DNA of 64,000 nt from Octopus vulgaris (taxonomy: Eukaryota): positions 2,914,001 through 2,978,000 of the forward strand of contig OX597827.1 in NCBI GenBank assembly GCA_951406725.2, written 5' to 3'. The position numbers and the translations under genes were made by a program. The stretch's first letter is position 1, and each line of letters starts with the position of its first letter. Below, in pieces: positions 1-11,640 of the stretch. The notes below the pieces were generated by a model. That model saw only the letters and a list, made by a program, of their open reading frames with translations. It searched no databases and had not been told where the DNA came from.

Positions 1-89
1 TCTGAGTTTGTATTTGTTTATCTTCTAATATTGTGTGATTGTTGTAAATGAATATCATTCATTTCTAGTATTCTGGCAATGGGGAAATA

Positions 90-235
90 TTGGTTTCAAA
101 TTTTGGCATAACATTAGCAATTTCAGAGGAGGAGTAAGTGGGATCATATCAAACCCTGTGCTCAACTGGTACTTACTTTATTGACTTCAAAAAACGAAAA
201 GGAAAGTCAACCTCAGCAGAATTTGAGCTCAAAAC
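90..235 (-). mobile_element. tRNA-derived SINE fragment (family B)
   Basis: Matches the 28707-28938 copy (AACTGGTACTTA..., AAAGTCAACCTCAGCAGAATTTGA). Confidence 0.7.
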
Positions 236-242
236 AATAATA

Positions 243-600
243 TCATCATCATCATCATTTAGCATCCGTTTTCCATGCTAGCATGGGTTGGACGGTTCGA
301 CCGGGGTCTGGTAAACCATGGAGGCTGCACCAAGCTCTAGTCTGATTTGGCAGTGTTTCTACAGCTGGATGCCCTTCCTAATGCCAACCACTCCATGAGT
401 GTAGTGGGTGTTTTTTACGTGCCACCGGCACAGGGGCCAGATCGGGCTGGCAAACAGCCACGATCGGTTGGTGCTTTTACGTGTCACCGACACGGACTCC
501 AGTCAGGTGGTGCTGGCATCTGCCACGTTCGGAGTCACTGGCACAGGTGTCTTAACTACAATTTCCATTTGATTTTTATCTGGCATCAGCCACGTTCGGA
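243..600 (-). mobile_element. SINE with RTE-like 3' end and (ATG)n tail (family C)
   Basis: (CAT)n-TTTAGCATCCGTTTTCCATGCTAGCATGGGTTGGACGG...GGATGCCCTTCCTAA, nearly identical to 9373 and to the opposite-strand copy near 63700-63918. Confidence 0.8.
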
Positions 601-635
601 TGGTGCTTATACAATAATCATGATAATAATGATAA

Positions 636-1016
636 TCTATTATATAAAATCCGTTCTGTCTGTCTGTGAGTGTGTCTTCTAGGATCTCAGACATCCCCAT
701 CTGATTGCGCTCAAATTTGATATGTAGATACTGACGGTATCAGAACGTGTATAAGTCTTGAAAAAATTACAAAAATCGATTGCAGGTGAGAATGCGATCG
801 ATGAAGCCATGGGAACGTGCATTTGTAAAATCGTTTTTCTTGGAATAGAAAAAAGTCAATCTTTATTTCTTCTTTTGCTGGTGTCTCAAATTTATATTAA
901 ATCAGTGTTTCTCAAAGGGGAGGTCTATGGGACGATTGGACAAGTTGTTTTGAGAAAATTTGGTTTAAAAGTTTGACAACTCAGTACCTTCCATTGGACG
1001 GGGGGCGTTTTGCTCG
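636..1016 (+). mobile_element. Non-autonomous Helitron-like element
   Basis: Starts A|TCTATTATATAAAA followed by (GTCT)n. Ends with GC-rich GGACGGGGGGCG then CTCG|T (CTAG-like). Inserted between A and T with no TSD. A similar decayed 5' end is at about 21172. Confidence 0.65.
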
Positions 1017-1029
1017 TAATATATATATG

Positions 1030-1180
1030 ACCAGCTTCTTTCAGTCTCTCTCTACCAAATTCATTCACAATTCTTTGGTCAGCCCAAGGCTATAGTAGAA
1101 TACACTTGCCCAACGTGTCACAAGTGGGACTGAACCCAGAACTATGTGGTTAGGAAGCAAGCATCTTACCCCACAGCCAG
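1030..1180 (-). mobile_element. tRNA-derived SINE head (family A), partial
   Basis: Reverse complement of 4675-4825. Other partial copies at 1545-1655, 4078-4230, 7679-7752 and 49890-50030. Confidence 0.8.
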
Positions 1181-2136
1181 ACGAAATGTCACTAACCATT
1201 TTGCCCAGCTGAGTACCAGTTCTGCAAGTTCGCTAACTTATAGCCATAAGAAAATATTACCTTGCTAGGAAAACAGGTGAAGGCTGGGCAACAGGAAGGA
1301 CATCTGACCACAAAAAAATCTGCCATAAGCAATTCCATCTGACCCATGCGAGCATGGAAAAGTCGATGTTAAAACAATGATGACAATGACACACACACTC
1401 ACTCACTCACTCTCTCCCTCTTTCTCTCCGTCTCTCCCCATCTCTCTTCCTCTCTCTCTCTCCGTCTCCCATCTCTCTTCCTCTCTCTCTTCCCCCCCTC
1501 TCTCTCTCTGCCTCCATACAATTTCTCCCTATCAATTTTATTTAGAAGGCATTGGTCAACCCAAGTCTTTAGTTGAAGAACATTTGCCCAAAGTGCCACA
1601 AAGTGAGATCAAACCTGAAAATACATAATTACAAAGTGAACTTCTTAACCGCATAGCAATGTGTGTGTGTGTGTTTGTGTATACATCTAAGCGTTTTTGT
1701 GTGTATGCTTGTGTGGGCATGTGTAAGTATGTGTATCTGAGTGGATGTCATTTAAATTTATTGGTTTCTTTTATGTCCCTACTTTAACTATAATATTTCT
1801 TCTATTCCAATGCACCAGATCTACTTTGTTTGTATATCTCTGTAGCTTTTATTTGATCATAGATATGTCCAAACCAACATAATGCATGTTTGATCTTCCA
1901 TACTTGAGACATGGTAGAAGTATCTTTCTTTTTCTCTTTCCCTTTCTGTATGTGTGTGCGTATGTGTATGTGTGTGTGTACATACACACACACACGTATT
2001 TATGTATATATAATATGTGTATGCATTTATGTATACACACATTTATATGCATTGTTACACATTATATACATACGTATATAGGCTTATATATATAAACGCA
2101 TACATGCACATATGCATGCACACATACTTATATATT

Positions 2137-2280
2137 AATAATAATAATGATAATAATAATGATAATAATGATAATAATAATGATAATAATAATAATAATA
2201 GCAATAATAATAATAATGATAATAATAATAATAGCAATAATAATAATAATAATAGCAATAATAATAATAATAATAATAAT
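2137..2280. repeat. (AAT)n microsatellite with GAT/AGC interruptions
   Basis: Read directly from the sequence. Confidence 0.95.
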
Positions 2281-2756
2281 GAGCTGAATCTTGAGGATGT
2301 TTGAATACACAAAGAAAAAAGAGAAGAAAAAAGTAGAAATGAAGTGAAGCTTGCAAAAGAAACCGAAGCAGAAAAATATAATCATACTTACATAATAGGT
2401 GAACCGCAGTCTTGCAGGACATATGAAATTATATATTGCTATGGACTCTTGCACAGAATATTGCGCTCTGGAATTCATCCAAATATTTTTTCTTCCGTTG
2501 ATTGGTTAAACTTCCAAACCACTTCATTCAGCTGTAGACTTGAATTTCTAGTAGAGCTCTCACGTGAGGGAGATATTTAATGGTTTATGTAGCCACAACC
2601 AGAAAATGTAGGTTAATTTCAACCAGAAACCAAAGTGATCTTTTCTTTGGATGGCATTTCAATAATAAAATAATAAGTTTGATATCACTGAGCAATAGGT
2701 TCAGATTCTCCTCATAGACAGATATTTCTATATGACAGAATTTTCAGTGCCTTATG

Positions 2757-3757
2757 ATGTGTAGTCCACATCTATTAGTCTTATAATGTGTAGCCCACAT
2801 CTCTCAGTCTTATAATGTGTAGCCCACATCTCTCAGTCTTATAATGTGTAGCACACATCTCTCAGTCTTATAATGTGTAGCACACATCTCTTAGTCTTAT
2901 AATGTGTAGCCCACATCTCTCAGTCTTATAATGTGTAGCACACATCTCTTAGTCTTATAATGTGTAGCCCACATCTCTCAGTCTTATAATGTGTAGCCCA
3001 CATCTCTGTCTTATAATGTGTAGCCCACATCTCTTAGTCTTATAATGTGTAGCCCACATCTCTCAGTCTTATAATGTGTAGCCCACATCTCTTAGTCTTA
3101 TAATGTGTAGCCCACATATCTCAGTCTTATAATGTGTAGCCCACATCTCTCAGTCTTATAATGTGTAGCCCACATCTCTGTCTTATAATGTGTAGCCCAC
3201 ATCTCTTAGTCTTATAATGTGTAGCCCACATCTCTTAGTCTTATAATGTGTAGCCCACATCTCTCAGTCTTATAATGTGTAGCCCACATCTCTCAGTCTT
3301 ATAATGTGTAGTTCACATCTCTTAGTCTTACAATGTGTAGTTCACATCTCTTAGTCTTATAATGTGTAGCCCACATCTCTTAGTCTTATAATGTGTAGTT
3401 CACATCTCTTAGTCTTATAATGTGTAGCCCACATCTCTTAGTCTTATAATGTGTAGTTCACATCTCTTAGTCTTACAATGTGTAGTTCACATCTCTTAGT
3501 CTTATAATGTGTAGTCCACATCTCTTAGTCTTATAATGTGTAGTTCACATCTCTTAGTCTTATAATGTGTAGTTCACATCTCTTAGTCTTATAATGTGTA
3601 GCCCACATCTCTTAGTCTTATAATGTGTAGTTCACATCTCTTAGTCTTATAATGTGTAGCCCACATCTCTTAGTCTTATAATGTGTAGTTCACATCTCTT
3701 AGTCTTACAATGTGTAGTTCACATCTCTTAGTCTTACAATGTGTAGCCCACATCTCC
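2757..3757. repeat. 29-bp minisatellite, about 34 copies (TAATGTGTAGCCCACATCTCTYAGTCTTA)
   Basis: 29-bp period (for example 2781 to 2810), few variant sites, two 27-bp deletion units. No unique spacers. Confidence 0.97.
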
Positions 3758-4665
3758 AAGTTCTGCAATGAGAATCTTCTCTGATTTTTCTGACATATTC
3801 CAAGCATCTCCCTCATTACTTTAACTAGAAAATTATTTTAATGTCGATTTTTCTGTGCTTGCATGGAATTTGTGGAGGCAAATTTTCTATAGCCAGATGC
3901 TTTCTTGTCACCAGCCTTCATCTGTTTCCAAGCAAGGTAATATTTCCCTATGGCCAAACATATTTTCATAGAAGAATGGAAAAAAAAGACACTGCTAGCA
4001 TGATGGTGATGCTTGCTTACAACCATCACTTGATGTCAAGATAGGGAGACAGTCACACACACACACACACACACAGAGGCTGGGCTTCTTTCAGTTTCCA
4101 CCAACTAAATTTTCTCACGAGGCTTCTTTGTTCAGCCTGGGGCTTATAGTAGAAGACACCTGCCCAAGCTGCCACACAGTGGAACTGAACCCACAACAAT
4201 GCAGCTGGAGAACAATTTTCTTACCACTCAGTCAGGTCATTTGAACATTTATAGTTCACTTGCAAACAGGAAATCTTTTTGTTTCATGGTCAAACATATT
4301 ACAGAGAATATTTATAACTGGACAATATTTTAAATATTCCACTCCAAGTCATGTGGTAGCACTACACAGGTGCGTCTTTCAGGCTCTCCATCCTCCTTTG
4401 TTCTAGAAATGACTTCACTGCCTCTATTAATGAGGTTTCTATCATTTAACTGAATTATGAAATTGTGTGGGGCCTCTGATTTTAATGTCTCATACAATCA
4501 TCTAGTTTGCCAAGCACATAGAGTAGGCCTTGATATCATAATTATAAGCAATGTTTTGAAACTGAAAAAGAGTAATAGGTCCATTTAGTACAGGTGGGTG
4601 GGTGTATATAACCACAGGTTTATCATTTACAAGTGTTTATAATGTTTAATATTTTTTTTTAATTA

Positions 4666-5074
4666 GGCGCAGGAGTGGCTGTATGGTAAGTAGCTTGCTT
4701 ACCAGCCACATGGTTCCAGGTTCAGTCCCACTGCATGGCACCTTGGGCAAGTGTCTTCTACTATGGCCTCAGGCTGACCAAAGCCTTGTGAGTGGATTTG
4801 GTAGATGGAAACTGAAAGAAGCCCATCGTATATATGTATATATATATGTATGTGTGTGTATATGTTTGTGTGTCTGTGTTTGTCCCCATCAGCATCGCTT
4901 GACAACCGATGCTGGTGTGTTTACGTCTCCGTAACTTAGCAGTTTGGCAAAAGAGACTGATAGAATAAGTACTAGGCTTCCAAAGAATAAGTCCTGGGAT
5001 TGATTTGCTCGACTAAAGGTGGTGCTCCAGCATGGCCACAGTCAAATGACTGAAACAAGTAAAAGAGAAAAGAG
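4666..5074 (+). mobile_element. Full-length tRNA-derived SINE (family A)
   Basis: A-box-like TGGCTGTATGG, B-box-like GGTTCAGTCCC, CCTTGGGCAAG core, internal (TA)/(TG) tract and AAAAGAG tail. Second copy at 52273-52640. Confidence 0.9.
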
Positions 5075-5639
5075 GTAACAAGCTAGTTGAATCACTATCA
5101 TTCCAGACAAAGTGCTTAGTTGCATTACTTCTGGCTTTATATTCTGAGTTCAAATTCTGCCACAAGGTCTACTCTGCCATTCATCTTTTTGAGATTAATA
5201 AAATAAGTACCAGTTGAATACTGAGGTCAATGTTATCAATTAGTCCTCCCCCCTCCTTCAAAATTTCAGCTCCTGTTCCTAAAGCAGAAAGAAATTATTT
5301 TTTATTAAAACCTTAGCAGTTAATTTATATCTTGAATTTCAGTTGTGTCAGAAGAGAAAGTCTAATTGTTCTAGAATCTTTAGTATACTATTAAATATCA
5401 TACACATGGAATGTATTATTTTGTTTAATCCTTTAGTGAGGAGACAAAACAATATCCATGACTTTTGACAGGGTCTCTGAGACTGATGGGAGTTAGAGAG
5501 AATGGTATCCTCAAACAAGAAACTTAACCCGTATAATTGCAACAGGAAAGATTCTACTAAAAGCGCCCAACATGCCAGGTGGTAGTGATAAAACAAGGTG
5601 ATGGATTTAGTATACTGCTCAAGGTTATGGATATTACTG

Positions 5640-6065
5640 TTCCCAAGTGAGGCCCAATGTTCGAAGGTCATGCTTCACCATCTCATCTCAATGTCTTCCT
5701 GGGTCTCCCTCTTCCACGTGTTCCTTCCACTGTCAGGGAGTAACACTTCTTTACACAGCTGTCCTCATCTATATGCAGCACATGACCATACCAGCACAGT
5801 CGTCTCTTTTGCATACCACATCTGATGCTTCTTACTTCCAACATTTCTCTTGGGGGTGCTTACTCTCTCTTGTGTGTGGACACTGACATTACATATCCAG
5901 TAAGTCATACTAGCTTCATTTCTTTCAAACTTACACATGTCTCCAGCAGTCATGGCCATGTAGCATGGCAGTTTGTACACATGCGTCATACAATCTACCT
6001 TTCACTCTGAGCAAGAGGCCCTTCGTCACCAGTAGATGTAGGAGCTTTCTGAACTTTGCCCAGGC
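5640..6065 (-). mobile_element. RTE-clade LINE 3' fragment (decayed)
   Basis: Frameshifted RNEASMTYWICNVSV...KRRLCWYGHVLHIDEDSCVKKCYSLTVEGTRGRGRPRKT, typical of the RTE C-terminus. Confidence 0.85.
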
Positions 6066-6899
6066 TATTTAGTTTCCATAGCACATAAACAACCAAGATC
6101 ATGTTCCCCCTGAACAGCATGCCAGTCCATCACAGAGCAAATCAGTAAGTCATTCACAGCTGAGTAAACTTCAGCAGTGTAAAATGTTGTGTTTTGCTTA
6201 AAAACACAATGCCCCACTCAGCCCATGATCTTGTTATTGTGAGTGCAGACTCAAACTACCACACTACACACCTTCACTCAGTAGGCTATGAAGGGATTTG
6301 AATTCAGGATGCAAAGTATCAGAACAAATATCATAAGGTATTTTTTTTTTTTTGATATTCTTACATTTCTGCCAGGTCATCAGCCTAGATTGGTAGCCAT
6401 TTATGAACTCTAAAAGGGTGAAAGGCAAAGTTAAATCACACTAGGATTTGAACACAGAAGTCAAAGAATCAGACCAAATGTGGTGAGGTATTTTTGCCCA
6501 ACACAATTCTCCAACATATAGTAACCTTTCTCAATTAAATGGAATTCCACACTTGTGCCTCTTAGTAAACGTTGCCACTCTGTTCTGAATGGTAACTAAC
6601 TAACTGATCAGTTGTTGCAAAGTGAAATTTGCTGATAAGTACAAAGACTGTCATTTAAAAGTATTCTATTTGATAAGAGTGCAAAAGCTGAATTCTTCTC
6701 CAGGATGTCTTCTATCAGTGAAAAAAAACCCGTTTTTTTTTTTTTGTTATCAATCATTCTTGTTATAATAATGTGTGTCTTTCTGCTTATGTGTATGCAT
6801 GTGTGGGTAATGTTGAAAGAGATAGAAAGCTGAACAATGCAAAATAGAATGTAAGATGGGGTACCAAAAATTAAAAGTCAGTTATCTGGTAACATTTGT

Positions 6900-7604
6900 T
6901 TTGTTTCTTTTATTGATGTTGCTCTTCTTTAATTTGTCCAATATTTCGAGACCTAAAATTCCTTTCTTCAGGCTTTAAAGAACTTTCATTGGATAATGTT
7001 CCAATTTCCTCTCTTTTGGATAAAATTTTGATTTGTATTTTTTCTCAAGTCGTTTTCAAGCATTTTTGATGTGCCTGTGGGTGTGTTCTAATTCATTATT
7101 TATTTCTATCTCTAACTTAAATGGTAACAGCAATATGTTGGTTGATGTTTCTACATTTATCAACATGTTCTTTGAATGTGGATGCACAGGTGTTGAGGTG
7201 TTCTTTAATGCAAGCGTAGAGTGCTCAAGTCATGCTATCCATGTATAATTCCTTAAATTTGTTGCATTCAATCCGGTGTACCACATATGTCTGCTGGCAC
7301 ATACCTGTATTGTGGATAGGGCAGTTAGTCAGTGAGTACTGATTGTTGTTGTCTCTGGATTGCTTTTTAGACAGGTGTCCATGCAGAGAAGGGCTGGAGT
7401 GTGCTAACTGTATGTGCAGTCCTTCTTTGCGGACAACTCTGCAGATAGCTGTGGTTATGCTTTCGCTGAAATGTGGTAATTTCATGAAACAGGTGTTAGA
7501 AGGAAAAATCTGTATAAATATTTAACTTGTGTAAATACCTTTTGATGCTTTATCAAACTGATAACACTCAATAAAAATATTTATACAGATTCTTCCTTTC
7601 CTAA
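6900..7604 (-). mobile_element. Penelope-like element remnant: GIY-YIG endonuclease, 3' hammerhead-like motif, AATAAA and inverted end
   Basis: CPIHNTGMCQQTYVVHRIECNKFKELYMDS...IKEH resembles the PLE GIY-YIG domain (VVYxIxCxxC..YIG.T.R.L..RIKEH). Downstream CTGAAGA (6971-6965)...GAAATAT (6947-6941), then AATAAA (6914-6909). Confidence 0.75.
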
Positions 7605-7629
7605 AGTGTGTCTACATATTTTGGAAGGC

Positions 7630-7676
<47 letters not shown>

Positions 7677-7754
7677 AGGTGCAGGAGTGGCTGTGTGGTA
7701 AGTAGCTTGCTTACCAACCACATGGTTCCAGGTTTAGTGTCACTGCATGGTGAT

Positions 7755-8065
7755 CTCACTTTACTTGCCGGGTCTTCAATCACAGCATATCTCCAGAGGT
7801 CTTGGTTTTTCGTCATTGCTTCTGTCAGGCCCAGTGTTCAAAGGTCATGCTTCACCACCTCATCTCATGTCTTCTGTTATTGCCTGGAGGATTATGATGA
7901 ATAAGAGGAGTCTGAGGGATGATCCTTGGTGAACCCCAACTTCTACCATGAATTCTTCACTATACTCATTGCCTGTACAGCTCTTATTAACCACTTGTCA
8001 ATCCCCAGTTTCCGCATTGCCAACCAGATAAGGGATCAGGGGTTCCTGTCAAAAGCTTTCTCCAA
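7755..8065 (-). mobile_element. RTE LINE fragments (RT core joined to 3' end)
   Basis: LEKAFDR...LIWLAMRKLGIDKWLIRAVQ and VEVGVHQGS..LLFIIILQAIT motifs. The 7755-7875 part matches the RTE tail at 5640. Confidence 0.8.
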
Positions 8066-8592
8066 AAGCCACCTTAGCTACTAGATCCTCCAGTGCTGTC
8101 AACACAACATGCAATAAGATTTTCTCCAAACATTTCTTCTGGATCCACTTGTTCCATCTCCTATCGCTATCATGTCTTCTCAGACAATACTGCACTACAT
8201 CTTCCTAGCTCTTCTTCTTGGTCTTTTTCCTCCTTCCAGTTTCTCTCTTGTGGTGATTGATGAAGTATTGAAGGACATGATCAGGATGAAGTATTGAAGG
8301 CCAATCTCAAATGCTGAACCTTACAAAGGAGATGACAGAGAAGACCTGCTCGTCACAATAGAATTGAGATCCTAAAACCAAATTGTCTCATAAAAAGTAT
8401 GCTCTGTGGAGTGGTCAGCATTAAAAAGGACACCCAGCTGTTGAAACCAGGCTAAAGTTAATTGTGGAAGCTGGTGCAGTCCTTGGACTTACCAGTTCCT
8501 GTGAAACTTGTTCCATCCATGTCAGGATGGAAAATAAGGATGATGGCTAGTAAATGATGTCTGCTACTTAGTTTCTTGTAAAGTGTCTATCT

Positions 8593-8742
8593 CTCACATG
8601 AGTAAAGGGGCAATGTCAACACTCACATGAGTAAAGGGGCAATGTCAACACTCACATGAGTAAAGGGGCAATGTCAACACTCACATGAGTAAAGGGGCAA
8701 TGTCAACACTCACATGAGTAAAGGGGCAATGTCAACACTCAC
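8593..8742. repeat. Perfect 29-bp tandem repeat x5 (CTCACATGAGTAAAGGGGCAATGTCAACA)
   Basis: Identical units starting at 8593, 8622, 8651, 8680 and 8709. Confidence 0.97.
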
Positions 8743-9086
8743 ACATGGTACATAGCAACTTACATAATTTCAAATTATATTTTCGGTGAGTTAACTTGGG
8801 ATTCCTTTATGACAAATGTAACCTTCATATAATTACAGTATCTTTGGCCTAATGAGTAGCTAGCTGAGTACCCCTCACTGAGTAATTATTAAATCAGGAT
8901 TTCCTAGCTAGGAAATACATGTAGCCTAAATTTTATCGGCTCCACTCCCACAATTCGGATATATATGTATATATATTTAAAATGAGGGTGGGGTGAGAAA
9001 TTGGATATTAATTTAATTAACATCAATTTAACACCAGTAGTGTAGCATAGTAAAATTCTGAAGGTTCAGTAAATTGTATTATATAC

Positions 9087-9364
9087 ATATGAGAGGGAAG
9101 ACCACCATGTGAACAACCCTTATGCTAGAAGTAGATCTGCTATGGTCTAACCACTAAGAAATATTCTCAAGAAAAATTTAGCAAACACCAGAACATAAGC
9201 GAGCAAGACAAATGAAAAGTAACAAAAATATAGATTATTCACATACATGTATGTGAATAATCTATATTTGCTAAATTTTTCTTGAGAATATTTCTTAGTG
9301 GTCAGACCATAGCGGATCTACTTCTAGCATAAGAGTTGTCCACATGGTGGTCATCCCTCTTATA
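9087..9364. repeat. Fold-back element: about 100-bp inverted arms plus inner 44-bp perfect palindrome
   Basis: 9087-9185 is the near reverse complement of 9267-9364. 9226-9269 is a perfect palindrome. A single-arm copy is at 43760-43900. Confidence 0.9.
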
Positions 9365-9372
9365 TATATATA

Positions 9373-9937
9373 TCATCATCATCATCATCATCGTTTAACG
9401 TCCGCTTTCCATGCTAGCATGGGTTGGACGGTTCAACTGGGGTCTGGCAAGCCCGAAGGCTGCACCAGGCCAGTCAGATCTGGCAGTGTTTCTACAGCTG
9501 GATGCCCTTCCTAACGCCAACCACTCCGAGAGTGTAGTGGGTGATTTTATGTGCCACCGACACAGGTGCCAGACGAGGCTGGCAGACAGTCATGCTCGAA
9601 TGGTGTTTTTTATGTGCCACCGACACAGGTGCCAGACGAGGCTGGCAGACGGCCACGCTCGGATGGTGTTTTTTATGTGCCACCGACACAGGTGCCAGAC
9701 GAGGCTGGCGAACGGCTATGATCAGATGGTGTTTGTTACGTGCCCACAGCACGGGGCCAGTCGATGCGGTACTGGCTACGGTCCCATTCGGATGGTTTTC
9801 TTATGTGCCACCGGCACTGGTACCACAAGGATACAAATTCCATTGATGTTCATCTATTTGATTTGATTCGATTTGACTTGACTTTCACTTGCCTCAACAG
9901 GTCTTCACAAGTATCACAAGCAGGAAGGTATGCACAG
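9373..9937 (-). mobile_element. SINE family C with internal 63-bp tandem repeat x3
   Basis: Same terminus as the copy at 243. Units recur at 9551, 9614 and 9677. Confidence 0.85.
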
Positions 9938-9940
9938 GTG

Positions 9941-9974
<34 letters not shown>

Positions 9975-9983
9975 ATATATATA

Positions 9984-10315
9984 TGGCTCAGTGGTTAGAG
10001 CATCAAGCTTACGATTGTGAGGTTGTGAGCTCGAATCCCGGACCGGGCTGCGTATTGTGTTCTTGAGCAAGATACTTTATTTCACGTTTATTTCACGTCA
10101 GCTGTAGAAATGAGTTGCGATGTCACGGGTGCCAAGCTGTATCGGCTGCTGCCTTTCCCTTGGATAACACTGGTGGCATGAAGAGGGGAGGCCAGTATGC
10201 ATGGGCGACTACTGGTCTTCCATAAACCACCTTGCCCAGACTTGTGACTAGGAGGGTAACTTTCTAGGTGCAATCCCATGGTCAGTGTCATGATCGAAGG
10301 GGGGTCCCTACCCGA
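9984..10315 (+). mobile_element. tRNA-derived SINE (family D)
   Basis: TGGCTCAGTGGTTAGAGC (A box), GCTCGAATCCC (B box), GTGTTCTTGAGCAAG core. Decayed relatives on the minus strand at 6070-6280, 30490-30745, 39880-40010 and 53750-53870. Confidence 0.8.
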
Positions 10316-10352
10316 AATATATATATATATAAGCACTCACAAATATTATATA

Positions 10353-10540
10353 TATGGATCAAAACAGTTTGATTCAAATTCGTTTGTACTTTGATAGTTT
10401 CATGTGTGATGCTAATCTTCAGCCATTTTGAAACTCTTGGAGTACCAACAAATTTGAATCAAACTGTTTTGATCCATACATGTAACTCCCAATAAATGTG
10501 TTGAGTGCCCTTCTTTCATTTGTCTATTCATTCGTATGTA
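10353..10540. mobile_element. Fold-back PLE-LTR-like element with hammerhead-like motif
   Basis: Arms 10353-10390 and 10441-10478. Minus strand: TGG-CTGAAGA...GAAAC-TATCAAA-GTA. Plus arm: GAAAC-TCTTGGA-GTA-CCA. Followed by AATAAA and a TTGAGTGC..CTTTCATTTG tail shared with 13163 and 34687. Confidence 0.65.
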
Positions 10541-10602
10541 TGTACATATATGCACACACAAGCATTTATATATACATACATATATATTTACTTATATATA
10601 TT

Positions 10603-10633
<31 letters not shown>

Positions 10634-11202
10634 TGTGTGTGTGTGTGTGTGTGTGTTTATATAAGCATACATGTATGCAACACCATACGCTTACATATAA
10701 AACATGCTATTTGCTATAAAATAAATGCTATAGTTCCATCACTAAACATCAAATAATCCACTGTTCCACCATCATAATTGGAAGAGAAACACTGAATATC
10801 CAGACATTATATTGTCCAGGAAATATGCTATATACACATTAAATACAGGCATTAAAACACTGACCTTAAAACTGACCGTACACTAAGGGTGATAAACATA
10901 CATAATACTTAATGCATAGAATGGGAGTGAGAGAATTCTTTGAAATAGAAGTTGTAAAAATTTAAATCCATAGACCAACTAAGAATGCCATGAGATCAAC
11001 CAACCAATCAAAAGCACCCATGAAATGCAAACAATAAAATTCTGTTATTCACCAATCCAATGTCATTCTGAAATACTATAATAATGATGTTATACTGATG
11101 ATTAAAGATAATAAAATGCTAGAATATATGTATACATACATATATGTATACATACATATATGTATATACATACAAATATATACACACAAATGCACGCATA
11201 TA

Positions 11203-11640
11203 TACAGTGTTTCAGAGATATTTGAGAACATATTTAGTAATTTAATGAAGCAACTCTAATCCAGCAAACACCAAATGTATTTTAATGAAAATTTGTGTAC
11301 ATGTTCTCAATGAATTTTCTCACAAGATGATGCTATGAATCTTCCTTCATCCTTGAGTGTTACATTAAGGCAAGGTTGGAATCATTGACATGCTTGCACC
11401 AACTGGGCCGTATCTTTTTAGACATCACTTGGACATTGGCAGTATTCAGTGAAGCTATAGTATTGTAAAAATATCAATTAGTTCTCCTTTCAACAATACT
11501 CCAGATATATAGATCCACCAGCAATCTGTGTGCTAATTTCTGTCATTTACTCTATTACAACAGGTACTTGATAGTGTCATTGTTTATGGGTTTCCAAGAG
11601 CCAGCCAATCACTGGCTCACTGCTTTTCTGACGACAGGGT
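11203..11640 (-). mobile_element. Tc1/mariner transposase C-terminal remnant with terminal TA|CAGTG
   Basis: DLYIWSIVERRTN*YFYNTIASLNTANVQVMS resembles the region after the DLNPLDY motif (W..VE..TN...NTI.SLKAAI..VM). TA-CAGTG end at about 11203. Confidence 0.6.

Noticed and set aside
1802-1920. Peptide KHALCWFGHIYD
   Set aside because: Resembles the LINE LRWFGHV motif, but it is too short and decayed to call as either a host exon or a defined element.
2757-3757. CRISPR-like array of 29-bp repeats
   Set aside because: Units are head-to-tail with no unique spacers, the context is eukaryotic and there are no cas genes.
9411-9866. 151-aa ORF with 21-aa repeats (MCHRHRCQTRLAD...)
   Set aside because: It is the translation of the 63-bp internal repeat of a SINE, and all overlapping frames are similarly open.
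9984-10060. Possible tRNA gene
   Set aside because: A and B boxes are present but there is no cloverleaf, and the sequence runs straight into a SINE body.
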